A stretch of DNA of 64,000 nucleotides, from NCBI GenBank assembly GCA_902783575.1, contig CACZRP010000047.1:40783-104782 (forward strand), in the 5' to 3' direction. Positions 42,867 to 53,039 of the stretch are shown here, piece after piece. The translations under genes were made by a program, and so were the position numbers. A model generated the notes under the pieces. That model saw nothing but the letters and a program-made list of their open reading frames with translations. It was not told the DNA's origin and ran no database searches. Within the stretch, counting starts at the first letter, position 1. Each line of letters starts with the position of its first letter. The DNA comes from an uncultured Eubacteriales bacterium (GTDB taxonomy: Bacteria > Bacillota > Clostridia > Lachnospirales > Bianqueaceae).

Positions 42867-44054
42867 TTATTTGCCGAACAGATCCATCTGCGCTGCCTGT
42901 CTGGCTCTGTGCTTGGCCAGCAGACTGTCGATCTTCTGATGGGGATCCAGCAGGTTGTTTACAGTCATATCGTGATTCAGAGAAGCGATGAAGTAAGCGA
43001 TGTATTTGGAAACATCGACCTCATAGTACCAGTTGCTGGCCAACAGTTCGGGCTTGCGGTAGGTCAGGTTGGTGGTGAGAACGGCGTGAAGTACACCGTC
43101 ATCCACAGCCTTCTGGAACTTTTCAATGCCTTCGGTAAACAGACCGTAAGTGCAGCCGGCAAAAACGCGTCCCGCTCCTCTTCTGCGAAGGTCATAAGCG
43201 ATATCGAGCATGGAGTCGCCGGAAGCAATCATGTCATCATAGACAAGAATATCTTTACCGGAAAGGTCGCTTCCCAGGAACTCATGGGCGACAATCGGAT
43301 TGCGGCCGTTGATGATCTGGGAATAATCTCTTCTCTTATAATACATTCCCATGTCTACGCCGATCACGGAAGCGTAATAGACATTTCTGGAGATGGCGCC
43401 TTCATCGGGGCTGACCACCATGAAGGATTCCTTATCCAGCTTGATGTCGGGAACATGCTTGAGAAGGGATTTGAGTACCTGATAGGTAGGCATGATGTTA
43501 TCAAAGGGCATCAGAGGAACAGCGTTCTGTACTCGGGGATCATGGGCATCGAAGGTAACGATGGAATCCACTCCCATGGCCTGGAGCTCCTGGAGCGCCA
43601 CGGCACAGTCCAGAGACTCGCGGTAGTTGCGTCTGTGCTGCCGTGCACCGTACATGTTTGGCATGACGACATTAATCCGATAGGCCTTGCCGCCGATTGC
43701 CTGGATAATGCGCTTCAGATCGGCATAATGATCGTCGGGGGACATGGGCACTTCCTGACCGTACATCTTGTATTTGCAATTGTAATTGCCTACGTCAGTG
43801 ATCAGGTAAAGATCCATGCCGCGGACTGACTGATTGATTAAACCTTTGCCATCACCGGTCTGAAATCTGGGGCAGCTTATAGGAACAAGGAAGGATGTTG
43901 AGCCATCCTGACCGCCTGCTTCGAGATTGGCGTACAATCTGCGAAGGTGGGCATCGACTTTCTGGCCAAGTTCGGCAGCTGAATCAAAAGCCATAATGCC
44001 CAGGGGAGCTGTCTGAAGATGTTTGACATTATCTACGGTAGAAGAAAAAGGCAT
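42867..44054 (-). CDS. prs: Ribose-phosphate pyrophosphokinase, long form (about 395 aa)
   Basis: ORF opens at TTG 44072; ATG at 44054 lies 6 nt after GAGGA; RFQTGDGKG..VRGMDLYLI, NMYGARQHRR, VVSPDEGAISR, PRPP loop ILVYDDMIASGDSM. Confidence 0.85.
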   Translation of the reverse strand: MPFSSTVDNVKHLQTAPLGIMAFDSAAELGQKVDAHLRRLYANLEAGGQDGSTSFLVPISCPRFQTGDGKGLINQSVRGMDLYLITDVGNYNCKYKMYGQEVPMSPDDHYADLKRIIQAIGGKAYRINVVMPNMYGARQHRRNYRESLDCAVALQELQAMGVDSIVTFDAHDPRVQNAVPLMPFDNIMPTYQVLKSLLKHVPDIKLDKESFMVVSPDEGAISRNVYYASVIGVDMGMYYKRRDYSQIINGRNPIVAHEFLGSDLSGKDILVYDDMIASGDSMLDIAYDLRRRGAGRVFAGCTYGLFTEGIEKFQKAVDDGVLHAVLTTNLTYRKPELLASNWYYEVDVSKYIAYFIASLNHDMTVNNLLDPHQKIDSLLAKHRARQAAQMDLFGK

Positions 44055-44218
44055 GTTATTCCTCGCTTTCAATACGTAAAAATCAATGTTGATTATAACA
44101 TAATCATGCCGGAATTAAAAGGATAAAAAAATGTTCACCCGCACAAAAGTGTATAGATAAATACGGTAAAATCGGTTATAATCAATGAATATGATCAAAT
44201 CATCCGGAGGTTATTCCA

Positions 44219-45034
44219 TTGCTAACTCAGCTTTATATTCTGGCCGCACTGTATGTTCTGCTTCCTGTGGCCGCCCTCGTTCTGCTCCGCCTCAGGCATA
44301 AATTCAGACTTACTTCTGTCATTGGAGGCATTGCCGGTTTCTTTCTGGCCATGCGGATCCTGATGACGGTGCTCAATATGCTTCTGACAGCCCTGGGCGT
44401 TACCACCGAGTTCTGGGAAAGCCATGAAACACTGAACCGCATCCTGAATATTCTGGTGAACGCTCTGTTCCAGAATCTCTCCCTGTATCTGATTATGAAA
44501 TATGTGCTGAAGAGCCGGATGTCTCTGTACGACGGTATGGCCATGGGCATTTCCTTCTGTCTGGGCAACTGCTTTATTCAGGGCTACTATTTCGTCTATG
44601 CCTCCCGGCTGTATCAGAGCTACCAGGCCGGCACTCTCGCAAATCTTGCCTCCGAAGCCCTGCCGCTGGAATCCCTTCAGGCCACCGTGGATGAGATCAT
44701 AGGCGTGGGACTGTTTCACTACTATTTCCAGGTGCTGAACGCGGCTGTCATCATCTTCCTGTCCATGGTCCTGGGCATGCTGCTCTACCACGGACTGAAG
44801 AAGCCGGATCAGCGTTTCCTGCCCCTGGCCCTCGGCCTTCAGATTCTGGCTCTCGGACTGGTGGAGATCGGCGTATCCCTTCCCTGGATCGGCTTCTACC
44901 CTCTGGCGGATCTGCTGGTGGCCGGCATCACCTGCTTTATCTTCCTTAAGTACATGACCTGGTACAGACAGCAGCAGCGGGATCTGGCGGCAAAGAAGAA
45001 GGCCTATAGAGAATCACTGAAAACAACCTCATAA
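44219..45034 (+). CDS. Polytopic membrane protein, function unknown
   Basis: 271-aa ORF, TTG start 8 nt after GGAGG; about 7 hydrophobic segments; basic C-terminal tail; no motif I can assign with confidence. Confidence 0.55.
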   Translation: MLTQLYILAALYVLLPVAALVLLRLRHKFRLTSVIGGIAGFFLAMRILMTVLNMLLTALGVTTEFWESHETLNRILNILVNALFQNLSLYLIMKYVLKSRMSLYDGMAMGISFCLGNCFIQGYYFVYASRLYQSYQAGTLANLASEALPLESLQATVDEIIGVGLFHYYFQVLNAAVIIFLSMVLGMLLYHGLKKPDQRFLPLALGLQILALGLVEIGVSLPWIGFYPLADLLVAGITCFIFLKYMTWYRQQQRDLAAKKKAYRESLKTTS

Positions 45035-45043
45035 AGAAAACAA

Positions 45044-45073
45044 AAACCCGTCATGAATTGACGGGTTTCTTTT
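45044..45073 (+). terminator. Intrinsic terminator after the membrane protein gene
   Basis: Perfect 10-bp stem AAACCCGTCA / TGACGGGTTT (45044-45053 / 45059-45068), then CTTTT; the hairpin also encodes the last codons of the convergent FAD protein gene. Confidence 0.7.
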
Positions 45074-46940
45074 CGCGCCAGATATGGCTGCAGCTAAGGG
45101 TTTTTTCATCCACCGCTGTCTCCTGGATTTTGCCGGACACCTGGGCATCCGACAGAGAATAACGGTATTCCTCGGACAGATGGCTGGAGGGAAGCATCCC
45201 GGAAGGATCAGGAATGATAAAGCCTCCACGGCTTTTGCCACCCTTCTCCTTGTAGCTGATCATAGCGGACAGAAAAGCCAGATCCGTCAGCAGCAGGTCC
45301 TGTATCTGGAAATACATTGCCAGATCCTGTCTGGCGGAAGGAACGGCTATTTCCGGCAGTTTCTCGTACATATAGCGGACCACCTCGATCTGGGCCGTAA
45401 TTTTTCCCGTATCCCGGATCACCAGGGCGGCCTGATCCATTCTCCTTCCCAGTTCCGAACGCATCACACGGATACCGATCTGGGAATCATCCACGGATTT
45501 TCCAAGGGAAGACAGAAACTGCTCCGACTGCTGCTGCAGACTGGTCAGAGGCTCCTTGACCAGGGAGGCGAAGGTCTCCATATCCAGGAGCTCATCTCCG
45601 CGGCGGTCGGATACGATAGCCAGAGCCGCAGCACTGGCTGAAGTCTGGGTAGCCGAGAGGGAAGCGCCGTCAGGCCCGTATACGCCAAGCCTGGAAGCAG
45701 TCTCTCCCACCGGGTACAGATGGGCTATATTGGATTCAAAGTGTTCGTCTGCCCACAATCCGCCATGATAGGACCGAATCTCCGGGGCCACCTCCACAGC
45801 GGTCCTGGAAAGGTCGATACCGGCCTTCAGAAGCATCTTCCAGACGGCTTCGGACAGTTTCCTCAGTCTTTGATATGGAAGATCCTGAGCCTCCAAGCCC
45901 CGGGAATTGACCCGGTAATCCATGAAGACATGCCGGCCCTTCCGGATTTCCTGATAAACCAGAAGATCGATCAGAGAGCTGCCATCGGAACGGGCTTTCT
46001 TTGCGTCAAAGCTCCACTCCGCCCCTTTCCGTTTCTGCAGCCGGTAAAGCTGATCCGGATTTTCGGAAAAGGCTTCATAAAGAAATTCCCGCGGGTTCTT
46101 GCCGTTGGTGTCCACGGATACATACCGCGGCACGGCTTCCTGCAGAGGGCCATTCATGCACAGACACTTTCTGACGGCGCAGATACCCAGATCCAGCTCC
46201 GTAAGGTTCATGGCCCTGGCACCGGCCCTGAGAGCCGCTCCATGGGCTCCTGAATGGGTGACAGGCGCAGCCTCCGAGTGGAAGACGCCTCCGGGTCCGC
46301 CGGTGGCCAGAACAATATTCCGGCAGTTGAACAGGGTAAAGCGCTGATGACGCTCATTCATTTTTTCCAGGTTCAGGGCAATCAGACCCACGGCGCGGCT
46401 GTCCTTGGGATCCGTCAGAAGCCGTACCATCTGCATGGAGGTATATACCCGGATATTTCTCTCTGCCACCGCGGCAGAGAGTTTTTTGTAGATTTCTCCC
46501 GCGGTATCGGGTCCGGCCGAGATCTGACGGCGGCTCTTTTTATTTCCCCCTTCGGGAGAAACATATTCACCACGGGAATTGACGGGAAATGAAACCCCGA
46601 GGGATGCCAGCCGGTAGAAAGCCCGGAGAGAATGGACTGCCTGAGTATAGGCCAGATCGCCATCCATGATGGAATCAGAGGATAAATCCCGGGCCATACG
46701 GCTGGGGGAATCCCCTTCTCCCTGATAATCAGCCAGACGGTAGTAGTTCTGAAGACCGGAGGAAGCATATCTTGAAACGCTGCCCCGGGGGCTGTCGATG
46801 AGCAATGCAATATCCCTGACTCCCAGATCAAACAGACTGACTGCGGCAGCCATGGCTGCCGCTCCGCCGCCAACGATAATGGTATCCAGGGAAGTAACTC
46901 TGGTCATGGCACCGCCGGCAAAAATGGAATCTGTATTCAT
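45051..46940 (-). CDS. FAD-dependent oxidoreductase (succinate dehydrogenase/fumarate reductase/L-aspartate oxidase flavoprotein-like), substrate unknown
   Basis: 629 aa; dinucleotide fold DTIIVGGGAAAMAAA, later VLATGGPGGVF; the start could instead be the internal ATG (MTRVTSLD). Confidence 0.7.
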   Translation of the reverse strand: MNTDSIFAGGAMTRVTSLDTIIVGGGAAAMAAAVSLFDLGVRDIALLIDSPRGSVSRYASSGLQNYYRLADYQGEGDSPSRMARDLSSDSIMDGDLAYTQAVHSLRAFYRLASLGVSFPVNSRGEYVSPEGGNKKSRRQISAGPDTAGEIYKKLSAAVAERNIRVYTSMQMVRLLTDPKDSRAVGLIALNLEKMNERHQRFTLFNCRNIVLATGGPGGVFHSEAAPVTHSGAHGAALRAGARAMNLTELDLGICAVRKCLCMNGPLQEAVPRYVSVDTNGKNPREFLYEAFSENPDQLYRLQKRKGAEWSFDAKKARSDGSSLIDLLVYQEIRKGRHVFMDYRVNSRGLEAQDLPYQRLRKLSEAVWKMLLKAGIDLSRTAVEVAPEIRSYHGGLWADEHFESNIAHLYPVGETASRLGVYGPDGASLSATQTSASAAALAIVSDRRGDELLDMETFASLVKEPLTSLQQQSEQFLSSLGKSVDDSQIGIRVMRSELGRRMDQAALVIRDTGKITAQIEVVRYMYEKLPEIAVPSARQDLAMYFQIQDLLLTDLAFLSAMISYKEKGGKSRGGFIIPDPSGMLPSSHLSEEYRYSLSDAQVSGKIQETAVDEKTLSCSHIWREKKPVNS

Positions 46941-46970
46941 GATGAATTCTTTCCAATGGTCTTTGATTTA

Positions 46971-47007
46971 AGAAGAATAAGAGGGCTTTATACAGGATAA
47001 AGCCCTC
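46971..47007 (-). terminator. Intrinsic terminator downstream of tpiA
   Basis: Perfect 11-bp stem GAGGGCTTTAT / ATAAAGCCCTC (46981-46991 / 46997-47007); on the minus strand it is followed by TTATTCTTCTT. Confidence 0.6.
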
Positions 47008-47027
47008 TTTCTGTGAGTTTTTCAATC

Positions 47028-47774
47028 TCAGGCGTTTACGATATCGGAGAAATCAGCCTTCAGGCTGGCTCCGCCCACCAGACCGCCGTCGATGTTGGGC
47101 ATGGCAAAGAGTTCTTTGGCATTGCCGGCATTGACAGAGCCGCCGTACTGGATGCGGATTTCTTCAGCTGTCTCGGCACCGTAGATCTCGCAGAGAACTT
47201 TACGGATAGCGCAGCAGACTTCCTCAGCCTGCTCGTTGGTAGCGGTTTTGCCGGTACCAATGGCCCAGATGGGCTCATAGGCGATGACAGTCTTGACAGC
47301 ATCTTCAGCAGAAACGCCCTTCAGGGCAATCTTGGTCTGAAGACGAACCAGATCCTCAGTAATTCCCTGCTCTCTCTGCTCCAGGGTTTCACCGACGCAG
47401 ATGATGGGCTTCAGGCCGTGCTCGAGAGCTTTAAGGACCTTTTTGTTGACGATCTCGTTGGTCTCGCCAAAGTATCCGCGTCTCTCGGAGTGGCCGAGAA
47501 TGACATATTCGCAGCCGGCACCCACCAGCATATCGGGAGCAACCTCGCCGGTATAGGCACCCTTCTCTTCATAGTACATATTCTGGGCGCCAATTTTGAT
47601 GTTGGTTCCCTTAACGGCTTCTACGGCAACGGCAATATCCAGGAACGGAGGGCAGAAAACAACTTCAGTCTCTTCGCTCTGGCCCACCAGGGGCTTCAGG
47701 ATCTCAATGAGTTCCTTGGCCTCCTGAGGAGTCTTGTTCATTTTCCAGTTGCCTGCAACAATTCTTTTACGCAT
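47028..47774 (-). CDS. tpiA: Triosephosphate isomerase
   Basis: 248 aa; [33 protein letters not shown]. Confidence 0.96.
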   Translation of the reverse strand: MRKRIVAGNWKMNKTPQEAKELIEILKPLVGQSEETEVVFCPPFLDIAVAVEAVKGTNIKIGAQNMYYEEKGAYTGEVAPDMLVGAGCEYVILGHSERRGYFGETNEIVNKKVLKALEHGLKPIICVGETLEQREQGITEDLVRLQTKIALKGVSAEDAVKTVIAYEPIWAIGTGKTATNEQAEEVCCAIRKVLCEIYGAETAEEIRIQYGGSVNAGNAKELFAMPNIDGGLVGGASLKADFSDIVNA

Positions 47775-47800
47775 GGGAAAGCTCCTTTACAAGGTAAGGT

Positions 47801-48997
47801 TTATTTGTCGTTGGCAGCAACAACGCCGGGAAGCTCTTTGCCCTCAAGGAATTCAAGGGAAGCTCCGCCGCCGGTGGAGATATGGGACATCTTGTCACCA
47901 AAGCCAAGGTTGTTGACAGCAGAAGCGGAATCGCCGCCGCCGATCACGGTGATGGCATCGGGAAGCTCAGCCAGAACCTTGGCTACAGCGATGGTACCAT
48001 TAGCAAACTTGGGCATCTCGAAAGCGCCCATGGGTCCGTTCCAGACCACAGTCTTAACATCCTTCAGAGCGTCAGCAAACAGCTTCTGGGTCTCGGGTCC
48101 GATATCCAGTCCCTGCCATCCGTCCGGAATCTCACCGGTCTTGACAATCTGGGTGTTGGCGTCGTTGGAGAAATCATCAGCAATCACGTTGTCGATGGGA
48201 AGAAGCAGCTTAACGCCTTTCTCCTCGGCCTTCTTCAGCATGTCAAGGGCATACTGCAGGTAATCATCCTCGCACAGAGAGGTACCGATCTTGCCGCCCT
48301 GAGCCTTGGCAAAGGTGTAAGCCATGCCGCCGCCGATAATCAGAACGTCAACCTTGTCCAGAAGGTTGTTGATAACGGAGATCTTGCTGGAAACCTTGGC
48401 GCCGCCGAGAATGGCTGCGAAAGGACGCTTCGGATTGTTGACAGCGTTGCCGAGGAAATCAATTTCCTTCTGCATCAGGTAGCCGACAACAGAGGTCTTG
48501 ATATATTTGGTGACACCGACGTTGGAGCAATGAGCACGGTGTGCGGTACCAAAAGCGTCGTCAACGAATACATCAGCCAGAGAAGCAAGCTCTTTGCTGA
48601 AGTTGTCTTCGTTCTTGGTTTCTTCTTTACGATAACGGGTATTTTCAAGCAGAATAACATCGCCGTCCTTCATGGCAGCAACAGCAGCCTTGGCGTTGGG
48701 GCCAACAACCTCGGGATCGGCAGCAAATTTAACTTCCTGGCCAAGCAGCTCGGAAAGGCGGACAGCGACGGGAGCCAGAGAAAGCTCGGGCTTGGGCTCT
48801 CCTTTCGGTTTTCCAAGATGAGAGCAAAGGATCAGACGTCCTCCGTCGGCAATGAGCTTTTTAAGGGTGGGAAGCGCAGCAACAAGACGATTCTCATCGG
48901 TGATTTTACCATCTACCAGCGGAACATTGAAGTCGCAGCGTACAAGGACGCGAAGACCTTTGACATTGATGTCATCAACAGATTTTTTGTTGAGCAT
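47801..48997 (-). CDS. pgk: Phosphoglycerate kinase
   Basis: ORF opens at 49072; ATG at 48997 gives [26 protein letters not shown]; [19 protein letters not shown]. Confidence 0.95.
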   Translation of the reverse strand: MLNKKSVDDINVKGLRVLVRCDFNVPLVDGKITDENRLVAALPTLKKLIADGGRLILCSHLGKPKGEPKPELSLAPVAVRLSELLGQEVKFAADPEVVGPNAKAAVAAMKDGDVILLENTRYRKEETKNEDNFSKELASLADVFVDDAFGTAHRAHCSNVGVTKYIKTSVVGYLMQKEIDFLGNAVNNPKRPFAAILGGAKVSSKISVINNLLDKVDVLIIGGGMAYTFAKAQGGKIGTSLCEDDYLQYALDMLKKAEEKGVKLLLPIDNVIADDFSNDANTQIVKTGEIPDGWQGLDIGPETQKLFADALKDVKTVVWNGPMGAFEMPKFANGTIAVAKVLAELPDAITVIGGGDSASAVNNLGFGDKMSHISTGGGASLEFLEGKELPGVVAANDK

Positions 48998-49095
48998 TGA
49001 AAAGTTACCCCTTTCTTCAACAGGTTTTAAATGAATTGAACTGAAGTATTTTATAACAGTCCCTCTGCTCATTCTATATCATATTTATGCAAATT

Positions 49096-50367
49096 TCAAG
49101 TGCATATCTGCAGGTAATGAAGGATAAACTCAGAAAACAGAGAATTGGACCATGCGAACCACGGCCGGGTAAAACGGGCGGGATCATCCTTGTGCACGCC
49201 CTCATGCATAAAGCCGGTATCCGCATCCGATGCCATCAGCATTGCAAAGACCCTCTCCACTTCTTCAGGATCGTCACTGGTGAGTCCCTGCATGGAAAGG
49301 GCGATGGGCCAGATATACTCCGGCGGTGTATGGGGGCTTCCGATACCGGCCAGCACCCTGCCCTGATAGTAATAGGGATTCTCACCGGAAAGGATCAGCC
49401 GGCGGGTATTCTGATAGACGGGATCGGAAGAGGCACAGTATCCGAGATAGGGAGCTGAAAGCAGACTCGGGACATTGGCGTCATCCATCAGGTTGACGCC
49501 GCCCAGACCATCGGTTTCGTAGGCATAGACCTTTCCGAAAACGGGATGGCTGATAATTCCGTAGGTCTCAATTCCCTGTCGGATTTCCTTCTCCAGCCTC
49601 GAGGCCCTCTGCTGAAGCTCCTCATCATGATATACGGAAGACGCCAGCTCCTGCATATAGGAAAGCACTACAGCGGCAAACATGTTGGAGGGAATCAGAT
49701 AGCCATAGCGGCAGGCATCATCGCTGGGACGGAAGCCGGAGAAGGTCATACCCGTATAGGCCACCGGATTTCCCTTCCCGTGATTCGGAAGGGTATCCGA
49801 AGGCGGACACTGGGTTCTTTCGAAATGATACAGGGATTCGCTCATGTGATGCTGCTCCCTCTCCCAGACCTCCAGGATACGGCCCATGGCCTTTCTGAAA
49901 TTATCGTCCAGATGATCCATACAGCCGGTTTCCCTGTAGAGAAGCCAGGCCAGCTGAACAGGATAGCACAGAGAATCCGTCTCATACTTCCGCTCATATA
50001 CCAGGCCGTTTCTCGTGGTTTCATCGGCCCGGTAGCAGTTCCAGTCCGGCGTTTCGTTAAAGGCATTGGCATAGGGATCCGTCAGAATGCATCGTACCTG
50101 GCGCCGGGACAGCCCGGCAATCAGTTCTCTGATCTTTGGGGATTCCTTGGCCAGAGGGAAATAATGCCTTACCTGAGCGCTGGAATCCCTCAGCCACATG
50201 GCCGGGATATCTCCGGTAAAAACAAAGGTATCTCCCTGATCGGTGATTCGGGTGGTGGTGGATAAGGTGTTGGGATAACAATTGACAAAAAGCCGGGCCG
50301 CTTTGGAATCACGGCCCAGCTTGTCAAGTATCGGATCCATCCAACATGTCAGTTCTTTTTCAAACAT
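49096..50367 (-). CDS. Glycoside hydrolase family 125 (metal-independent exo-alpha-1,6-mannosidase, DUF1237)
   Basis: 423 aa; GDIPAMWLRDSSAQV, ETDSLCYP, FRPSDDA are typical of GH125 (recalled from memory). Confidence 0.8.
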   Translation of the reverse strand: MFEKELTCWMDPILDKLGRDSKAARLFVNCYPNTLSTTTRITDQGDTFVFTGDIPAMWLRDSSAQVRHYFPLAKESPKIRELIAGLSRRQVRCILTDPYANAFNETPDWNCYRADETTRNGLVYERKYETDSLCYPVQLAWLLYRETGCMDHLDDNFRKAMGRILEVWEREQHHMSESLYHFERTQCPPSDTLPNHGKGNPVAYTGMTFSGFRPSDDACRYGYLIPSNMFAAVVLSYMQELASSVYHDEELQQRASRLEKEIRQGIETYGIISHPVFGKVYAYETDGLGGVNLMDDANVPSLLSAPYLGYCASSDPVYQNTRRLILSGENPYYYQGRVLAGIGSPHTPPEYIWPIALSMQGLTSDDPEEVERVFAMLMASDADTGFMHEGVHKDDPARFTRPWFAWSNSLFSEFILHYLQICT

Positions 50368-50391
50368 ACTGCGGTGTCTCCTGCGTTTGAT

Positions 50392-51396
50392 TTATGCATG
50401 CTGGGAAAGCATGTCAAAGGAAACCGTCGTGTTGAACAGCTTCCTGATCTCGGCGGGATCCTTGGTCTGCCCCAGAATCCACATGAGCTTTGTCACAGTG
50501 GATTCCAGCGTCATATCAAAGGATTCCATCACGCCGAATTCCTTCTTGGCGACATGTCCGGAGTGATAAACGGAAATATCGCTGCCCTCATAGATGGCCT
50601 GGGTTGTGAGAACAATGGTTTTTCCATGACTGATCAGATATTCAATCACATCGTGGAAATCATACTGTTCCCCTTCCGGAATCCCGCCGACACCATAGCT
50701 TTCGAGCACAAAGGCGTCATAGGATTCGGAAGCCATCCGCAGGATTTCTGCACTGACACCGGGAATCAGCTTGAGAACAAAAATATGAGGATCCATCCGG
50801 TGATAGAAAACGGGCTTTGCGTCCGCGGCGGTGGGACGGATATACTGAACGATGCCCCGGTCGTAAATCACACCGATTTCCGGATAATTGATGCTGCTGA
50901 AGGCATCATAGCTTTTGGTATTCATTTTCCGGGCGCGGGTGCCGATCAGTATCTTGCCTCCGAACACCACCACTACCCCACCGGCGTCGGGATAACAGGC
51001 GTAGCGAAGAGAATCCAGCAGATTCATCTTGGCGTCAGTCATCTCTGTCTGGATGGGTTTCTGGGAGCCGGTAATGACAATGGGCTTGGGACTGTTCTGG
51101 ATCAGATAGGAAAGGGCTGAGGCCGTGTAAGCCATGGTATCAGTGCCATGGGCAATCACAAAGCCGTCATACTGATCGTAGAGCCGTTCAATCTCTGCCG
51201 CAATTACCAGCCAGCAGTCGGGATGCATATTCGTGCTGTCGATATTCATCAGCTGGACAGAATCAACGCTGCAGAACTGCAGAGCCTCAGGCACATAGCT
51301 CATCAGCTCTTCGGAAGACATAAGCGGAGACAGGCCGTTCTCAGTCGATTTGCACGCGATGGTTCCGCCGGTAGCTAAAAGCAGGATCTTTTTCAA
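50392..51396 (-). CDS. ansA: L-asparaginase, type I (cytoplasmic) family
   Basis: 334 aa; LLATGGTIA (Thr nucleophile), IAHGTDTM; no signal peptide. Confidence 0.85.
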   Translation of the reverse strand: MKKILLLATGGTIACKSTENGLSPLMSSEELMSYVPEALQFCSVDSVQLMNIDSTNMHPDCWLVIAAEIERLYDQYDGFVIAHGTDTMAYTASALSYLIQNSPKPIVITGSQKPIQTEMTDAKMNLLDSLRYACYPDAGGVVVVFGGKILIGTRARKMNTKSYDAFSSINYPEIGVIYDRGIVQYIRPTAADAKPVFYHRMDPHIFVLKLIPGVSAEILRMASESYDAFVLESYGVGGIPEGEQYDFHDVIEYLISHGKTIVLTTQAIYEGSDISVYHSGHVAKKEFGVMESFDMTLESTVTKLMWILGQTKDPAEIRKLFNTTVSFDMLSQHA

Positions 51397-51402
51397 AATG
51401 AA

Positions 51403-51792
51403 TTATTTACCTTCCGCCTTCAGAGCATCGCGAATTTCGGTAAGCAGTTTAACCTCGTCAGAGGGTTCGGGATCGGGCTTGGGCTCTTCCTCTTTTTTCT
51501 TCTTGAACTTGTTGAGCGCTCTCACCAGGAAGAATACGCAAAGAGCGATGCAAAGGAAATTAAAGATGTTCTGAATAAACATTCCGTAGCCGATGGTAGC
51601 TTCGCCCACCTGTACGCTCAGAGTGGTGAAATCAAGGCCGCCGATAATCACACCGATCAGAGGCATGATAATATCGTTCACCAGAGAACCCACAATAGCG
51701 GTAAAGGCGCCGCCGATGATCATACCTACGGCCAGGTCCATGACGTTGCCGCGGGAGATGAACTCTTTGAACTCTTTAAACATTTTTTTCAT
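51403..51792 (-). CDS. mscL: Large-conductance mechanosensitive channel
   Basis: 129 aa; FKEFISRGNVMDLAVGMIIGGAF, two TMs, charged C-terminus; ATGA overlap with the upstream nagA paralogue. Confidence 0.93.
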   Translation of the reverse strand: MKKMFKEFKEFISRGNVMDLAVGMIIGGAFTAIVGSLVNDIIMPLIGVIIGGLDFTTLSVQVGEATIGYGMFIQNIFNFLCIALCVFFLVRALNKFKKKKEEEPKPDPEPSDEVKLLTEIRDALKAEGK

Positions 51793-53012
51793 TTTGATAC
51801 CCCTTCTTTTTCAAATAGGATTGTTCCTCCCACCATGGTGAGAGAAACGGATATATGATCATCGAAAAGAATCAGATCCGCTCTTCGTCCTGTCTCCAAT
51901 ACGCCGAGCTCGTCCTCTCTTCCGATAATACGCGCAGCAATGCGGGTCTGCATATCACAAGCCTCCGCCAGGGAAGCCCCCGCCATGTGAATCATATTAC
52001 GCACCAGCCGGTCGGTGGTGGCCACAGAACCGGCAAAGGCCTTCCGGTCCGGCATCTTGCAGACGCCATCCTCAATAATGACATGCTGGCCGTTCTGCAG
52101 ACTGCCGAGAATACTGTCGCCCTCGGGCATACCGGCACCCCGCAGGGAATCCGTTACGGCCGTGGTCCGGTCCGGACCGATAAACCGGTATACCATCTGC
52201 AGCAGCGGCGCGGGAAGATGATGTCCGTCCGCAATGACCTCCACCGTCAGCTCATCCAGCAGATAGGCGCTTTCGATAATACCCGGATAACGGTATCCTC
52301 CGCGGCGGGTAATGGTGGAACAGGCCGAATACAGATGAGTAATATGGTTAAAGCCATGTCTGACCGCTTCCCGGACTTCGTCATAGGTCGCGTCCGAATG
52401 GCCGATGGAGGGTGTAATATCATTAAGACGAAGATATTCCGCCATCTCCAGAGCGCAATCAAGCTCCGGGGCGATGGTCCAGCGTCTGATGTGGGGACAG
52501 CTCTCCACCAAAAAGCGCACCTCCTCCATTCGGGGAGGACGGATATAGGTCAGATCCTGGGCACCGCACTGGGCCAGAGAAAGATAGGGCCCTTCCAGAT
52601 GAAGGCCCAGGAACCGGGCTCCCTCTTTCTGGTCTTTGACCTTCTCATAGACCTCGAAGGTTCGGATCAGCTCCTCCCGGGAGGCTGCCAGTGTGGTGGG
52701 CAGCAGGCCGGTGGTACCATAGGAGGCGTGCATTCTGGCTGCCGTGATATAGGCCTCCGGCGTGCCATCCATGTAGTCCGCTCCGCCGCCGCCATGGGTA
52801 TGGATATCAATGAACCCGTGGCAGACATAGCGGTTCTTTCCATCGATCACCCGGATACCGGGGCAGCGCTGTTCATTATAGGCATCCAGCCCGCCGGGCG
52901 CGGCCACAAACCTGACAAATCCATCCTCGATCAGGATCTCTGCGGGCCGAATTGCACGGTACTGAACCAGCCTTACATTGATAATTTTTATCAGCATAGG
53001 ATTTGAATTCAT
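51789..53012 (-). CDS. nagA: N-acetylglucosamine-6-phosphate deacetylase family amidohydrolase, paralogue 2
   Basis: ORF opens at TTG 53039; ATG at 53012 preferred. GFIDIHTHGGGG, HLEGPY, TIAPE, IGHSDAT, ITHLYSAC, VIADGHH. Confidence 0.8.
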   Translation of the reverse strand: MNSNPMLIKIINVRLVQYRAIRPAEILIEDGFVRFVAAPGGLDAYNEQRCPGIRVIDGKNRYVCHGFIDIHTHGGGGADYMDGTPEAYITAARMHASYGTTGLLPTTLAASREELIRTFEVYEKVKDQKEGARFLGLHLEGPYLSLAQCGAQDLTYIRPPRMEEVRFLVESCPHIRRWTIAPELDCALEMAEYLRLNDITPSIGHSDATYDEVREAVRHGFNHITHLYSACSTITRRGGYRYPGIIESAYLLDELTVEVIADGHHLPAPLLQMVYRFIGPDRTTAVTDSLRGAGMPEGDSILGSLQNGQHVIIEDGVCKMPDRKAFAGSVATTDRLVRNMIHMAGASLAEACDMQTRIAARIIGREDELGVLETGRRADLILFDDHISVSLTMVGGTILFEKEGVSK

Positions 53013-53039
53013 TGTAATTCCCACCCGGGGAAAAGTCAA